Assembly (NCBI GenBank): GCA_040755995.1
Contig: JBFMAF010000035.1
Span: forward strand, 224,001 to 288,000
DNA length: 64,000 nt
Reading direction: 5' to 3'
DNA from: Acidobacteriota bacterium
GTDB lineage: Bacteria > Acidobacteriota > CAIWXX01
The number at the start of each line of letters is the position of its first letter. Position 1 is the first letter of the stretch. Below, in pieces: positions 27,434 to 36,027 of the stretch. A program made the position numbers and the translations under genes. The notes beneath the pieces are model-generated. The model was not told the DNA's origin and ran no database searches. It worked only from the letters and a program-made list of their open reading frames with translations.

Positions 27434-30109
27434 CTACTCCTCCACCGGCGCGAAGCGGCCCTGGAAGAAGCGCAGGTGCGGCGGCTCGTAGACGAAGCGC
27501 AGGCCCTTGATCGTGTGGCGCCGCTCGTAGAGCCGGATGATCCCGTCGGCCGTCGCCCGCAAGTGATCCTCGCTGTAGACGCGCCGCGGGATCGTCAGGC
27601 GCACCAGCTCGAGCGACGGCCGGTAGTTCTTGCCGGTTTGCGCGTCACGGCCCTTTGAAACGTTGCCCCGCTCCATCACCCGCACGCCGGTCTCGATGTA
27701 GATCTCGGCCGCCAGTCGCTGCGCCGGGTACTCATCCTGGTCGATGTGCGGCAGGAAGCGCCTCGCATCGATGAAGATCGCGTGGCTGCCCGGAGGCATC
27801 ACGATGGGGACGCCCTCATGGAGGAGCCTCCCGCCGAGATACGCGGCCTGTTCGACGCGCGATCTGATGTATCGATCATCCAGCATCTCCTTGACACCCA
27901 GAGCCATCGCGGCGAGCTCCGAGGCCGACAGCCCGCCGTCTCTCACGTTGCCCTCGTAGACCCGCAGCATCTCTTCGGCCTTCGCCTTCAGCTCCTCGTT
28001 CTCCTTGAACGCCAGGAGGCCGCCCATGTTGATCAGGAAGTCCTTCTTGCCCGAGACGGTGCAGCCGTCCCCGTAGAGCATCATCTCGCGGAGAATGTCG
28101 CGTATGCGGGTCTTGCGATACCGGGGATCGCGCTTCTGAATGAAGTATGCGTTCTCCACAGCCCTTGTCGCATCGAACAGCACCGGGATCTCCTTCGAGC
28201 TGCAGTAGGTGTACACCTCTTTCATGTTGTCCATGCTGACCGGCTGGCCTCCGGCCATATTCACCGAGTGCTCGAAAGAGATGTAAGCCACCTTGCCGGC
28301 GCCATGCTTGTCCACGACGGCGCGCAGCTTGTCCATGTCGATGTTGCCCTTCCACGGGAAATCGTTCGTCGGATCGTGCGCCGCGTCCACGATGATGTCG
28401 ATGAAGACACCTCCGGCCATTTCCTGGTGGAGCTTCGTCGTGGTGAAGTACATGTTGCCTGGGACCAGCTGGCCGGGCTTGATCATGATCTGGCTAAGAA
28501 TGTGCTCGGCCGCCCGCCCCTGGTGCGTCGGAACGACGTGCTCGTAGCCGTAGATGTCCTTGATCGCGGCCACGAAGTGCTGGTAGGCGTCGCTTGTGGC
28601 GGGAGTTGTCCGGGCGGCATCGTGGGCGGCCCACTGGTCGGTGCTCATCGCCGAGGTTCCGGAATCCGTGAGCAGGTCGATGGATACATCGGCCGACCTC
28701 AGCAAGAACGTGTTGTAGCCCGCCTCGCGAACGGCCTTCTCCCGCTGGCTCCGATTGATCTGCGCGATCCTCTCGATCGTATGAATCAAGAACGGATTGC
28801 AGTCGAATTCGAACTCGTCCAGATCCGCGAAGATCGAGCGGAAACGGAGCTGGTCGTGCCACTTGCCGGTGCCCGCCGGATCGAGCCCGGCGACCTTGTC
28901 GCGCTGCCTGTAGACGTTGATCACCGCGCGGGCGATCTGGTCGAGCTGCGCGTTGGTCAGCGCGAGCCGCGGCACCTGTATGGGCACAAGGCTGTCGCGC
29001 CCCACCAGGCCGGCGACGAGCGCGCGCACGCCCGAGGTCTGGTATAGAGCGCAGGCAAAGGCGTGCTGTGCGTAAGACCTGATTTGCGGCAGCACTTCGT
29101 CGGCCTTCACGTAGGCTCCGTCGCACCCGCGCTCGAGCGGTACGCCCGCTTCCTTCAACTTCGCCGTGAACCTCTCGGCCTGGTGCATGATCCAGTGCAC
29201 CTCCGGCTCGATGCACATCTCGTCCAGCCCCCTGGCAAGCACCTCCATGGTCCTGCCCGACATGCCTCCGTAGGTGTGCAGCCCCTCGTATACGACCACC
29301 TCGTTGATGAACTTCTCGTGGTGGGCGGGATTGTCGGTGGCGATCAGCCCGCCGGTGCTGCACCTGGCATCCTGAGCGCCGTCGAACACAAGCACGTGCG
29401 CCGTCTTGGCGATCTGCTTGACTATCTCCGCTATCGTCCGATGACCGTACGCAGGCTCGTGGCGCTGGACATACCAGGCGTTCTCCACGATCCTCGAAGC
29501 GTCCATGACCAGGCGCAGCCCGTGCCGGTCGGCGGCCGCGCGCACGGCCATCAGGTTCGCCATGCTGAACGGGTGCTGCCCATCGGCAAATGTCTGCATC
29601 CCCACGAACGCAACCCCGCCCTTCGAGAGCGTCGATTCCAGCCTGCGGACATCCACGTTGCCCGTGAACAGACTCTCCTCGTGGTCGCGAACGTCGATCA
29701 CACTGATCCCACGAGGCGACAGGTGGTCGATGCGCGTGAGCGCGTTGCTGGTGATGGCGGATCCCTTCGGCAGCATGGTCGAGGCCACGAGCTTCACGCT
29801 GCCGGTCAGATTGTGCGTCGGGCAAACGTACGTGTGCCCGAACACCCTCGTGACTACGTGCTGCAGCGTCTCGAAGTTGCGCGCGCCCGCATACGCCTCG
29901 TCGCCGATCAACTGTCCCGCCAGCTGCTCCTGGCTGTAGGCGCCGGTGCCGGTCGAGCACATGTCGAAGCTGACCTGCGACGGCGTCAGGTTGAATACGT
30001 TGAAGTGCGCGCTCGCCAGGTGCTTCTTCCGCTCTTCGAGCGCAGGGAACGCGATCAGACGGACCGTCTTTATCTTGTGAGGTTCGTGCAGAGGGATCCT
30101 GTTGCTCAT
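27434..30109 (-). CDS. Tandem-duplicated beta-eliminating lyase (tyrosine phenol-lyase-like), two fused protomer-length domains
   Basis: N-half has EPHKIK, GDEAYAG and YEGLHTYGG. C-half has DLLTDSGT, PTHQGR, GNMYFTTT, DATR, SGKKD, MERG, RLTIPRRVY and LRFF. At 891 aa it is about twice a TPL/TnaA subunit. Confidence 0.92.
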   Translation of the reverse strand: MSNRIPLHEPHKIKTVRLIAFPALEERKKHLASAHFNVFNLTPSQVSFDMCSTGTGAYSQEQLAGQLIGDEAYAGARNFETLQHVVTRVFGHTYVCPTHNLTGSVKLVASTMLPKGSAITSNALTRIDHLSPRGISVIDVRDHEESLFTGNVDVRRLESTLSKGGVAFVGMQTFADGQHPFSMANLMAVRAAADRHGLRLVMDASRIVENAWYVQRHEPAYGHRTIAEIVKQIAKTAHVLVFDGAQDARCSTGGLIATDNPAHHEKFINEVVVYEGLHTYGGMSGRTMEVLARGLDEMCIEPEVHWIMHQAERFTAKLKEAGVPLERGCDGAYVKADEVLPQIRSYAQHAFACALYQTSGVRALVAGLVGRDSLVPIQVPRLALTNAQLDQIARAVINVYRQRDKVAGLDPAGTGKWHDQLRFRSIFADLDEFEFDCNPFLIHTIERIAQINRSQREKAVREAGYNTFLLRSADVSIDLLTDSGTSAMSTDQWAAHDAARTTPATSDAYQHFVAAIKDIYGYEHVVPTHQGRAAEHILSQIMIKPGQLVPGNMYFTTTKLHQEMAGGVFIDIIVDAAHDPTNDFPWKGNIDMDKLRAVVDKHGAGKVAYISFEHSVNMAGGQPVSMDNMKEVYTYCSSKEIPVLFDATRAVENAYFIQKRDPRYRKTRIRDILREMMLYGDGCTVSGKKDFLINMGGLLAFKENEELKAKAEEMLRVYEGNVRDGGLSASELAAMALGVKEMLDDRYIRSRVEQAAYLGGRLLHEGVPIVMPPGSHAIFIDARRFLPHIDQDEYPAQRLAAEIYIETGVRVMERGNVSKGRDAQTGKNYRPSLELVRLTIPRRVYSEDHLRATADGIIRLYERRHTIKGLRFVYEPPHLRFFQGRFAPVEE

Positions 30110-30122
30110 TTCTGTCTCCCTT

Positions 30123-30170
30123 CCTGAGACTCAGGCGGAATACTATAGACCGGCGCAGCAAGGTGGTCAA
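30123..30170 (-). promoter_or_regulatory. Sigma-70 promoter plus downstream palindrome upstream of the tandem lyase
   Basis: Minus strand TTGACC(30170-30165)-N17-TATAGT(30147-30142); palindrome CCTGAGACTCAGG at 30123-30135 next to the RBS. Confidence 0.65.
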
Positions 30171-30215
30171 ACCCGGCGAGGCGCTCCTGTCGTAGTGAGT
30201 GCAGAGCGGGCGGGC

Positions 30216-30698
30216 CTACGCCCGGCGGCCGGGCCGGATGGTGCCGCCGGCGGGCTCGTCATCTGCCAGCTGCTTCCGAACTCCCGCCAGGAGCTTTCGA
30301 TCCGAGAGGTCGGCCAGAGAGAACTCGGCTAGGACATTCCTGATCCGCTTGTTGATCAGCGACCAGATAAGCCGGCATTCACACGAATCGCTCAACATAC
30401 AAAGATCCGGATCGCCCACGCACTCGACAATACTGATCTGGCCGATCGAGGCCTCGACGATCTCTCCGATCTTGATCTTCTGCGGCTCACGAGCGAGGAA
30501 ATACCCGCCGCCGCGCCCGCTTACTGCCCTGATGAGCCCCCTGTTCTTCAGGGCGATGACAAGCTGCTCGAGGTACTTGTTCGAAATCCTGGTACGTTCA
30601 GAGATCTCCTTCAGGCTGACTGGCAGGCCGTCCTCTTGGTGCCTGGACATGTCGAGCATCATTCTCAGGGCGTATCGCGCGCGGGTCGAGAGTTTCAT
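30216..30698 (-). CDS. Rrf2-family (IscR/NsrR-like) transcriptional regulator
   Basis: MKLSTRARYALR, YLEQL and GRGGGY; Cys cluster ECVGDPDLCMLSDSCEC. Confidence 0.92.
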   Translation of the reverse strand: MKLSTRARYALRMMLDMSRHQEDGLPVSLKEISERTRISNKYLEQLVIALKNRGLIRAVSGRGGGYFLAREPQKIKIGEIVEASIGQISIVECVGDPDLCMLSDSCECRLIWSLINKRIRNVLAEFSLADLSDRKLLAGVRKQLADDEPAGGTIRPGRRA

Positions 30699-30748
30699 AC
30701 GGACATATATTGGCCTGAGACGCCTTGCTAATCAAGTGAGAGTGAGAG

Positions 30749-31831
30749 TCAGACAGGGCGCCCGGCCTTCCGGCGTGCAGCTACCGCACGAACAACCTCG
30801 ATCAAGAGTGTAAGCATGGTCAACGGAAGCACCACCGAAGCGGTCAGGTCCGCGATGAGCCCCAGCCGAGCGTGCCCGGTGGCGTAGCGCACGACGTAAG
30901 CAGAATAGAGGAGGTAGTAGCCGAGAAAAAGCGCGCCTTCCCACCGCGCGAACAGGCGCCCGGTTATCATGAACGGCAGGCAGATGAGTGAAACGCCGAG
31001 CAGCACGGGAAGATCGAACTGCAGGAGCTGCGGGCCGATCCGCAGACCTCCAGGCACGACCGCCGCGGACAAGCCGAGGATGGCCAGGATGTTGCTGATG
31101 TTGCTTCCGATCACGTTCCCGATGGCGATGTCGCGCTGGCCGCGGATCGTCGCCACGACCGAGGTGGCGACCTCCGGGAGCGAAGTTCCCGCGGCCACCA
31201 CGGTAAGCCCTATGATCAGGTCGCTGACGCCGACGGCCCGCGCGATTTCAACGGCGCTTCCTACCAACCACCGGGCGCCCAGCACCATGAGCGCGAGGCC
31301 GGCCGCCACCAGCCCCGAGCCCAGAAGCCAGCCGGCCCCTCTCCGTAGACGACCGCTCTCTGCATCCTTCCCAGGTCCCTCGCGCCTTCGTCCGGCACGA
31401 ATGCAGAGCAGTGAGTATGCGCCGGCGCCGCAGGCCAGCAGCAAGCCTTCGAGGCGGCTGATACGGCCGTCGAGCGAGATGCATATCAGGAGTACTGTCG
31501 CCGCGATCATGATCGGAACGTCGCGCCGGAGAAGCTGTGGGGTCACAACGAGAGGCGAAATGGTCGCGCACAGTCCCAGGATCAGAAGCGTGTTGAAGAG
31601 GTTGCTCCCGACCACGTTCGCGACCGCGATGTCGGGGTTGCCGCGGATCGCGGCCAGGACGCTCACCAGCATCTCGGGAGCGCTTGTTCCGTAAGCGACC
31701 ACCGTCAGGCCGATCACGAGCGATGAGATGCCCAGGCGCACTGCCAGCCGCGAGGCGCCACGGACAAGCGCATCCGCGCCAGCCGCGAGCAGAGCGAGGC
31801 TGAGCGCGAGAATCAGCCCCTGCATCCACAT
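30749..31831 (-). CDS. Calcium/sodium antiporter (YrbG/CaCA family)
   Basis: Two alpha repeats: GTSAPE...NVVGSN and GTSLPE...GNVIGSN. Confidence 0.92.
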   Translation of the reverse strand: MWMQGLILALSLALLAAGADALVRGASRLAVRLGISSLVIGLTVVAYGTSAPEMLVSVLAAIRGNPDIAVANVVGSNLFNTLLILGLCATISPLVVTPQLLRRDVPIMIAATVLLICISLDGRISRLEGLLLACGAGAYSLLCIRAGRRREGPGKDAESGRLRRGAGWLLGSGLVAAGLALMVLGARWLVGSAVEIARAVGVSDLIIGLTVVAAGTSLPEVATSVVATIRGQRDIAIGNVIGSNISNILAILGLSAAVVPGGLRIGPQLLQFDLPVLLGVSLICLPFMITGRLFARWEGALFLGYYLLYSAYVVRYATGHARLGLIADLTASVVLPLTMLTLLIEVVRAVAARRKAGRPV

Positions 31832-31993
31832 CGCTCACCCACCTGTGGTGGCACATGATACTACACCTCTCAGCGAGGCGCGGCCTCGAAGGCCAGTCCG
31901 GTCGCGCTTCGCCTGCAGAATTCCCAGCTCCCGTGTCTCTTGGAAATCGGCGGCAGGCCTGTGCTATCCTGCCGGAGGAGAAACTTTTCGCTG

Positions 31994-34057
31994 ATGAAGA
32001 GGCTGGCTCCGTTGATCGTGCCGCTGCTCTGGGCTTCCGGCCTCCTCTTTTCCGACGAGAAGCTGCTCCCCAAGCACCAGGAGTGGATCGAGGACGTTTC
32101 TCCGATAATCACGAAGACGGAACGGGATGTCTTCGCTGCGCTGCGCACGTCCGCCGAGCGCGACAAGTTCATTCTCCTCTTCTGGCGCGCTCGTGATCCG
32201 CTGCCCGACACATCTCAGAACGAGTTCGAGAAGGAGTACAGAGAAAGGCTTTGGTTCGCCGACCAGACCTTCGGGCATGACTCGCCGAAGCGGGGCAGCC
32301 GGACTGATCGAGGCTTCTACTATCTTCTGCTCGGGCCGCCCATCGAGCGGCGTCTGTTTACGACGCAGTCGGACATGTGGCCGCTGGAGCTCTGGTTCTA
32401 CAAGGGCCCTGGCCAGTACGGCCTGCCGCCCTTCTTCTACCTCGTCTTCTACCAGCCGCAGGGCATCGGCGATTACAGGCTCTACTACCCCGGCATCGAC
32501 GGTCCGGAGAAGCTCGTCTCGTCGCGCATGTCGGTCAATCCCGGCCAGCGGGGTGTCGCGCTTCAGATACTGAAGAGGACGAGCTCGGAGCTCGCGGGCG
32601 CCTCGCTCAGCTACATCCCGGGCGAGCAGCCCGGCGGGCTCGGCAGCCCTTCCTCGGCCAGCCTCCTGGCTTCCATCAAACAGCTGCCGGAGAAGCAGTA
32701 CTCGGCCGGCTATGCGCGTTCCTACCTGTCGCTAAAGGATCACGTGGAGGCGGACTACCTTACGAACTACCTCAACAGCTCCTTCCAGGTGAAGATCTTC
32801 AGGCAGGGCGGCCAGCCGTTCATCCACTGGACGATCGAGCCGGAGAAGATGAACTTCGGAACGCGTGGGGACGATATCTATGCCAGCTTCGAGCTGGTTA
32901 TAAGGCTGGAGGATGCGCAAGGGTCGCCGATTTTGGAAAAATCTGAGGAGATACCGCTTCATCTGACCGCCGAGCAATTCAAGAGCCATGAGCGCCAGAG
33001 GTTCGCCTTCCAGGACGTGCTCGCCGTGATCCCGGGCGAGCATCGCGCCGTGCTCCTGCTGAAGAACAAGACGGCCCGCGATTTCTCTTCATTCGAGACT
33101 GGCCTTTCCGTGCCGGGCGGCGGCGAGGCCCGGCTCAGCGCGCCGCTGCTTTTTCACGGACGAGACGCCGTGCCCGAGTCGCAGAAGTCGAAGCCGAAGG
33201 CCTTTGTTGTCGACGGCGTTTCGTATTTCGTCGATGCGCGCAACGAATTCATGCCGGCCGAGACGATCGGCGTCCTCGTTCAGGCGTGGAACTTCGAGCG
33301 CCTGGGACTCAGTGCGAGTCCTTCAGCGGTGCTTGAGATCGTGTCGCTTGACGATGGAAAGACATTGGCCACCCTGCCTCTGTCTTCTACCAGCTCTACA
33401 GATGATACGCGTGCGAACGGTCTGACACTCGTGGCGACCTACTCGTTGGCAGATGTCAAACCGGGGTACTACCGGGTGGAGGTGTCGGCAGTCGGGCCGG
33501 ACGGTAAGAGGCTCCTGACGGAGAAAGAGAGCTTCACTGTGCTCGCCAGGCAGCATCCGACGGTGCCGTGGGTTTACGCGCGGTTGCATGAGCCGTTCCC
33601 CGGTCCGGAGCATCTGATGATGCTGGGAGCCGAGTACTTCGCGGCGAGGGATTACGGCAGCGCGCGGGATGCGCTGAGCAAGGCGCTGCAGGCGCAGGAC
33701 GACCCCGCTGCCCGACTGCTCCTGGCCAAGTCCCTGTACGGGCAGGGCAGCTATAGGGAATCCCTGGACCAGGCCATTCCTCTTTACCAGCGGAAGCCGG
33801 AGCCGGAGACGGCCAAGCTCATCGCTCTCGATTTCGCGGCTCTCCACGACTGGGCTTCATCCGTCGAGTATCTCGAGAAGCTCATGGGCGAGACCACCGA
33901 AATCGGCGTGCTCAACCTGGCCGCCGAGTGCTATCTCAACCTCGGCTATCCCGAAAAGGCGCTGCCCCTCGTCCAGAAATCGCTTGCACTTCTCCCCAAC
34001 CAGCCGTCGATGAAGGAAATCGAGGCCCAGGCGAGGAAGCGCCTGGGACGGGAGTAG
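31994..34057 (+). CDS. GWxTD-domain protein with C-terminal TPR repeats
   Basis: Signal peptide; FILLFWRARDP...NEF; motif GSRTDRG..Y...GPP; TPR-like helices at the C-terminus. Confidence 0.85.
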   Translation: MKRLAPLIVPLLWASGLLFSDEKLLPKHQEWIEDVSPIITKTERDVFAALRTSAERDKFILLFWRARDPLPDTSQNEFEKEYRERLWFADQTFGHDSPKRGSRTDRGFYYLLLGPPIERRLFTTQSDMWPLELWFYKGPGQYGLPPFFYLVFYQPQGIGDYRLYYPGIDGPEKLVSSRMSVNPGQRGVALQILKRTSSELAGASLSYIPGEQPGGLGSPSSASLLASIKQLPEKQYSAGYARSYLSLKDHVEADYLTNYLNSSFQVKIFRQGGQPFIHWTIEPEKMNFGTRGDDIYASFELVIRLEDAQGSPILEKSEEIPLHLTAEQFKSHERQRFAFQDVLAVIPGEHRAVLLLKNKTARDFSSFETGLSVPGGGEARLSAPLLFHGRDAVPESQKSKPKAFVVDGVSYFVDARNEFMPAETIGVLVQAWNFERLGLSASPSAVLEIVSLDDGKTLATLPLSSTSSTDDTRANGLTLVATYSLADVKPGYYRVEVSAVGPDGKRLLTEKESFTVLARQHPTVPWVYARLHEPFPGPEHLMMLGAEYFAARDYGSARDALSKALQAQDDPAARLLLAKSLYGQGSYRESLDQAIPLYQRKPEPETAKLIALDFAALHDWASSVEYLEKLMGETTEIGVLNLAAECYLNLGYPEKALPLVQKSLALLPNQPSMKEIEAQARKRLGRE

Positions 34058-34087
34058 CGTTTCAGATTCACCGAATGGCGCCGAGCG

Positions 34088-35392
34088 TCATCGCTTCACC
34101 GCCTTGAGCGTCTCGCGGAAGACATCCAGAGTCGTATCGACGTCAGCCTCGGAGTGAGCGAGGCACATGAACCACGGCTCGCGCGGGTCGTGGTCGGTCA
34201 TCACTCCGCGCTCTACCATCGCTTTGACCAGCGCCAGGAAGTACTGCTTGTCGCTCCGATTCCACGACCGTTGGTCTGTGACCTTCTCGACTCCGACGGC
34301 ATACGAGAACATGGACGGGAATCCGTTCATGCAGAAGGGGATGCTCATTTCGGCAAAAATTCGGCAGATCCCGTCCATGAGGCGCCGGCCGCGCTTCTCG
34401 ATAGTCTTGAGCACCGGTTCGCGCTCGAGCACCGTGAGAGTGGCCCAGGCCGCGGCCACACCGGGCTTGTTGTTGGTGAATGTCCCGCCCTGAGCGACGC
34501 CGTGCCCGACGAGTGACATGATTTCTTTCTTGCCGGCGAAGGCCGCCAGCGGGTAGCCGTTCGCCAGGGCCTTCGCGTAGGTGGCCATGTCAGGCTTGAT
34601 GCCGTAGTACTCTTGGGCTCCGCCGTTGGCGATGCGGAAGCCGGTCTTGACCTCGTCGAGGATGAAGACGATTCCGTACTTGTCGCACTGGCTGCGAATG
34701 AAATGGAGGAAGCCGTCCTGCGGCAGTATTGCGCCGCAATTGCCCATGCACGGCTCGGTGATGATGGCCGCCACCTGCTCGCCGGCGGACCTCAGCGTCT
34801 GCTCCAGGATTTCAGGTTCGTTGAACGGCAGCGTGATGATGAGCTCGTTCAGCGCCCGCGGGATTCCGGAGCTTGCCGGAACCGCGATCGGGTTTCGCGG
34901 ATGGCCGTACGCTTCCGCCGGGGCGTAGGTCGACCACAGAGTGTAGTCCTGCATGCCGTGGTAGCACCCCTCGAACTTGACGATCTTCTCGCGACCCGTG
35001 AAGGCCCGCGCTACTCGGATCGCGTGCATGGTCGCTTCGGTGCCGGAGCAGGCGAAGCGCACCATCTCGATTGCGGGACACATCCGGATCATCTTCTCGA
35101 CCACCTCGATCTCGAGCTCGTACGTCATGGCCGCCATCGAGCCGTTGTCGATTTCCTCCTTGACCTTGGCATTGACCTCGTCGTCGGCATGACCCAGAAT
35201 GATCGGGCCGAACGCCAGGCGGTAGTCAATGTACCTGTTCCCGTCTGCGTCCCAGAGATAGGCTCCTTTCGCCTTCTTCATGTAGGGCGTCACCCCCTCG
35301 CCCCAGTAACGGAAGTTCGAATTGACGCCTAGCGGCATGACCTTGGATGCTCTCTGTTGAAGCGCTCTGTTCTCTTCCCAACGGATTTTCAT
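34088..35392 (-). CDS. Class-III PLP aminotransferase (GSA-aminomutase-like)
   Basis: DADGNRYID, SGTEAT, FEGCYHG, DEVKTGFR, PLP Lys in YAKALANG and GGTF. Confidence 0.9.
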   Translation of the reverse strand: MKIRWEENRALQQRASKVMPLGVNSNFRYWGEGVTPYMKKAKGAYLWDADGNRYIDYRLAFGPIILGHADDEVNAKVKEEIDNGSMAAMTYELEIEVVEKMIRMCPAIEMVRFACSGTEATMHAIRVARAFTGREKIVKFEGCYHGMQDYTLWSTYAPAEAYGHPRNPIAVPASSGIPRALNELIITLPFNEPEILEQTLRSAGEQVAAIITEPCMGNCGAILPQDGFLHFIRSQCDKYGIVFILDEVKTGFRIANGGAQEYYGIKPDMATYAKALANGYPLAAFAGKKEIMSLVGHGVAQGGTFTNNKPGVAAAWATLTVLEREPVLKTIEKRGRRLMDGICRIFAEMSIPFCMNGFPSMFSYAVGVEKVTDQRSWNRSDKQYFLALVKAMVERGVMTDHDPREPWFMCLAHSEADVDTTLDVFRETLKAVKR

Positions 35393-35411
35393 GCTAGATA
35401 CCTCTCAGTCG

Positions 35412-35906
35412 TTAGTCGGTCCGGCCGGCGTTGCGTGCCTGCACAGTGCTGCCGGGAATGGACCACTGGTAAACGTCCTTCAGGACGATCGGCACAATGG
35501 ATATGGTCGTCTTTCGCACGCCGGGTATCTTCCCGATCGTTCCGGTTACGAAGCTGTATATCTCAGCGGTGTCCTTTCCCACGACCTGGATCGAGATGTC
35601 CATCGCACCGATGGAACAAGCTACGTAGGAGACGCATTCGTATTCTGTCGCCTTCCGCGCCACGTCCATCACCGCGCTGGACTCGACCTCCAGCAGTATG
35701 TCCGCCCGCGTCGTCAGGTCGAATGCCTGAGGACTGACGATCGGGCGAATCTGGATCACGCCATCCGCGACCATTCGCTCGATCCGGTATCGCACCACAC
35801 GCTCGCTGATGCCTCCGATCCGGCGCGCGATCTCAGCCGCCCGCATGCGGCCGTCTTCCATGAGCAGCTCCACGGTCAGGCGGTCGATCTTGTCGATTTC
35901 ATACAT
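35412..35906 (-). CDS. Lrp/AsnC-family regulator
   Basis: IDKIDR...DGRM..AEIARRIG..SERVVRYRI HTH; C-terminal RAM domain. Confidence 0.92.
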   Translation of the reverse strand: MYEIDKIDRLTVELLMEDGRMRAAEIARRIGGISERVVRYRIERMVADGVIQIRPIVSPQAFDLTTRADILLEVESSAVMDVARKATEYECVSYVACSIGAMDISIQVVGKDTAEIYSFVTGTIGKIPGVRKTTISIVPIVLKDVYQWSIPGSTVQARNAGRTD

Positions 35907-36027
35907 GATTCAATCCACATACGTCGATTAGCGACATGATTCTTGTATCATAACGTCCTTTCGGACGCAAGTCGAGTGGTCCAGGCGAGCAGGCGTGTAG
36001 GGCAGCTCTGCGCGCGGCGTTTCGAGA

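Noticed and set aside
27434..30109. Plain tryptophanase (tnaA) call, or a pseudogene call for the N-half
   Set aside because: The specificity residues are TPL-type. The N-half is in frame, full length and selectively retains the trans-acting motifs, which argues for function rather than decay.
34088..35392. hemL assignment
   Set aside because: The motifs are GSA-like, but the context (Lrp, saccharopine-DH family, no hem genes) suggests a paralog, so the symbol is withheld.
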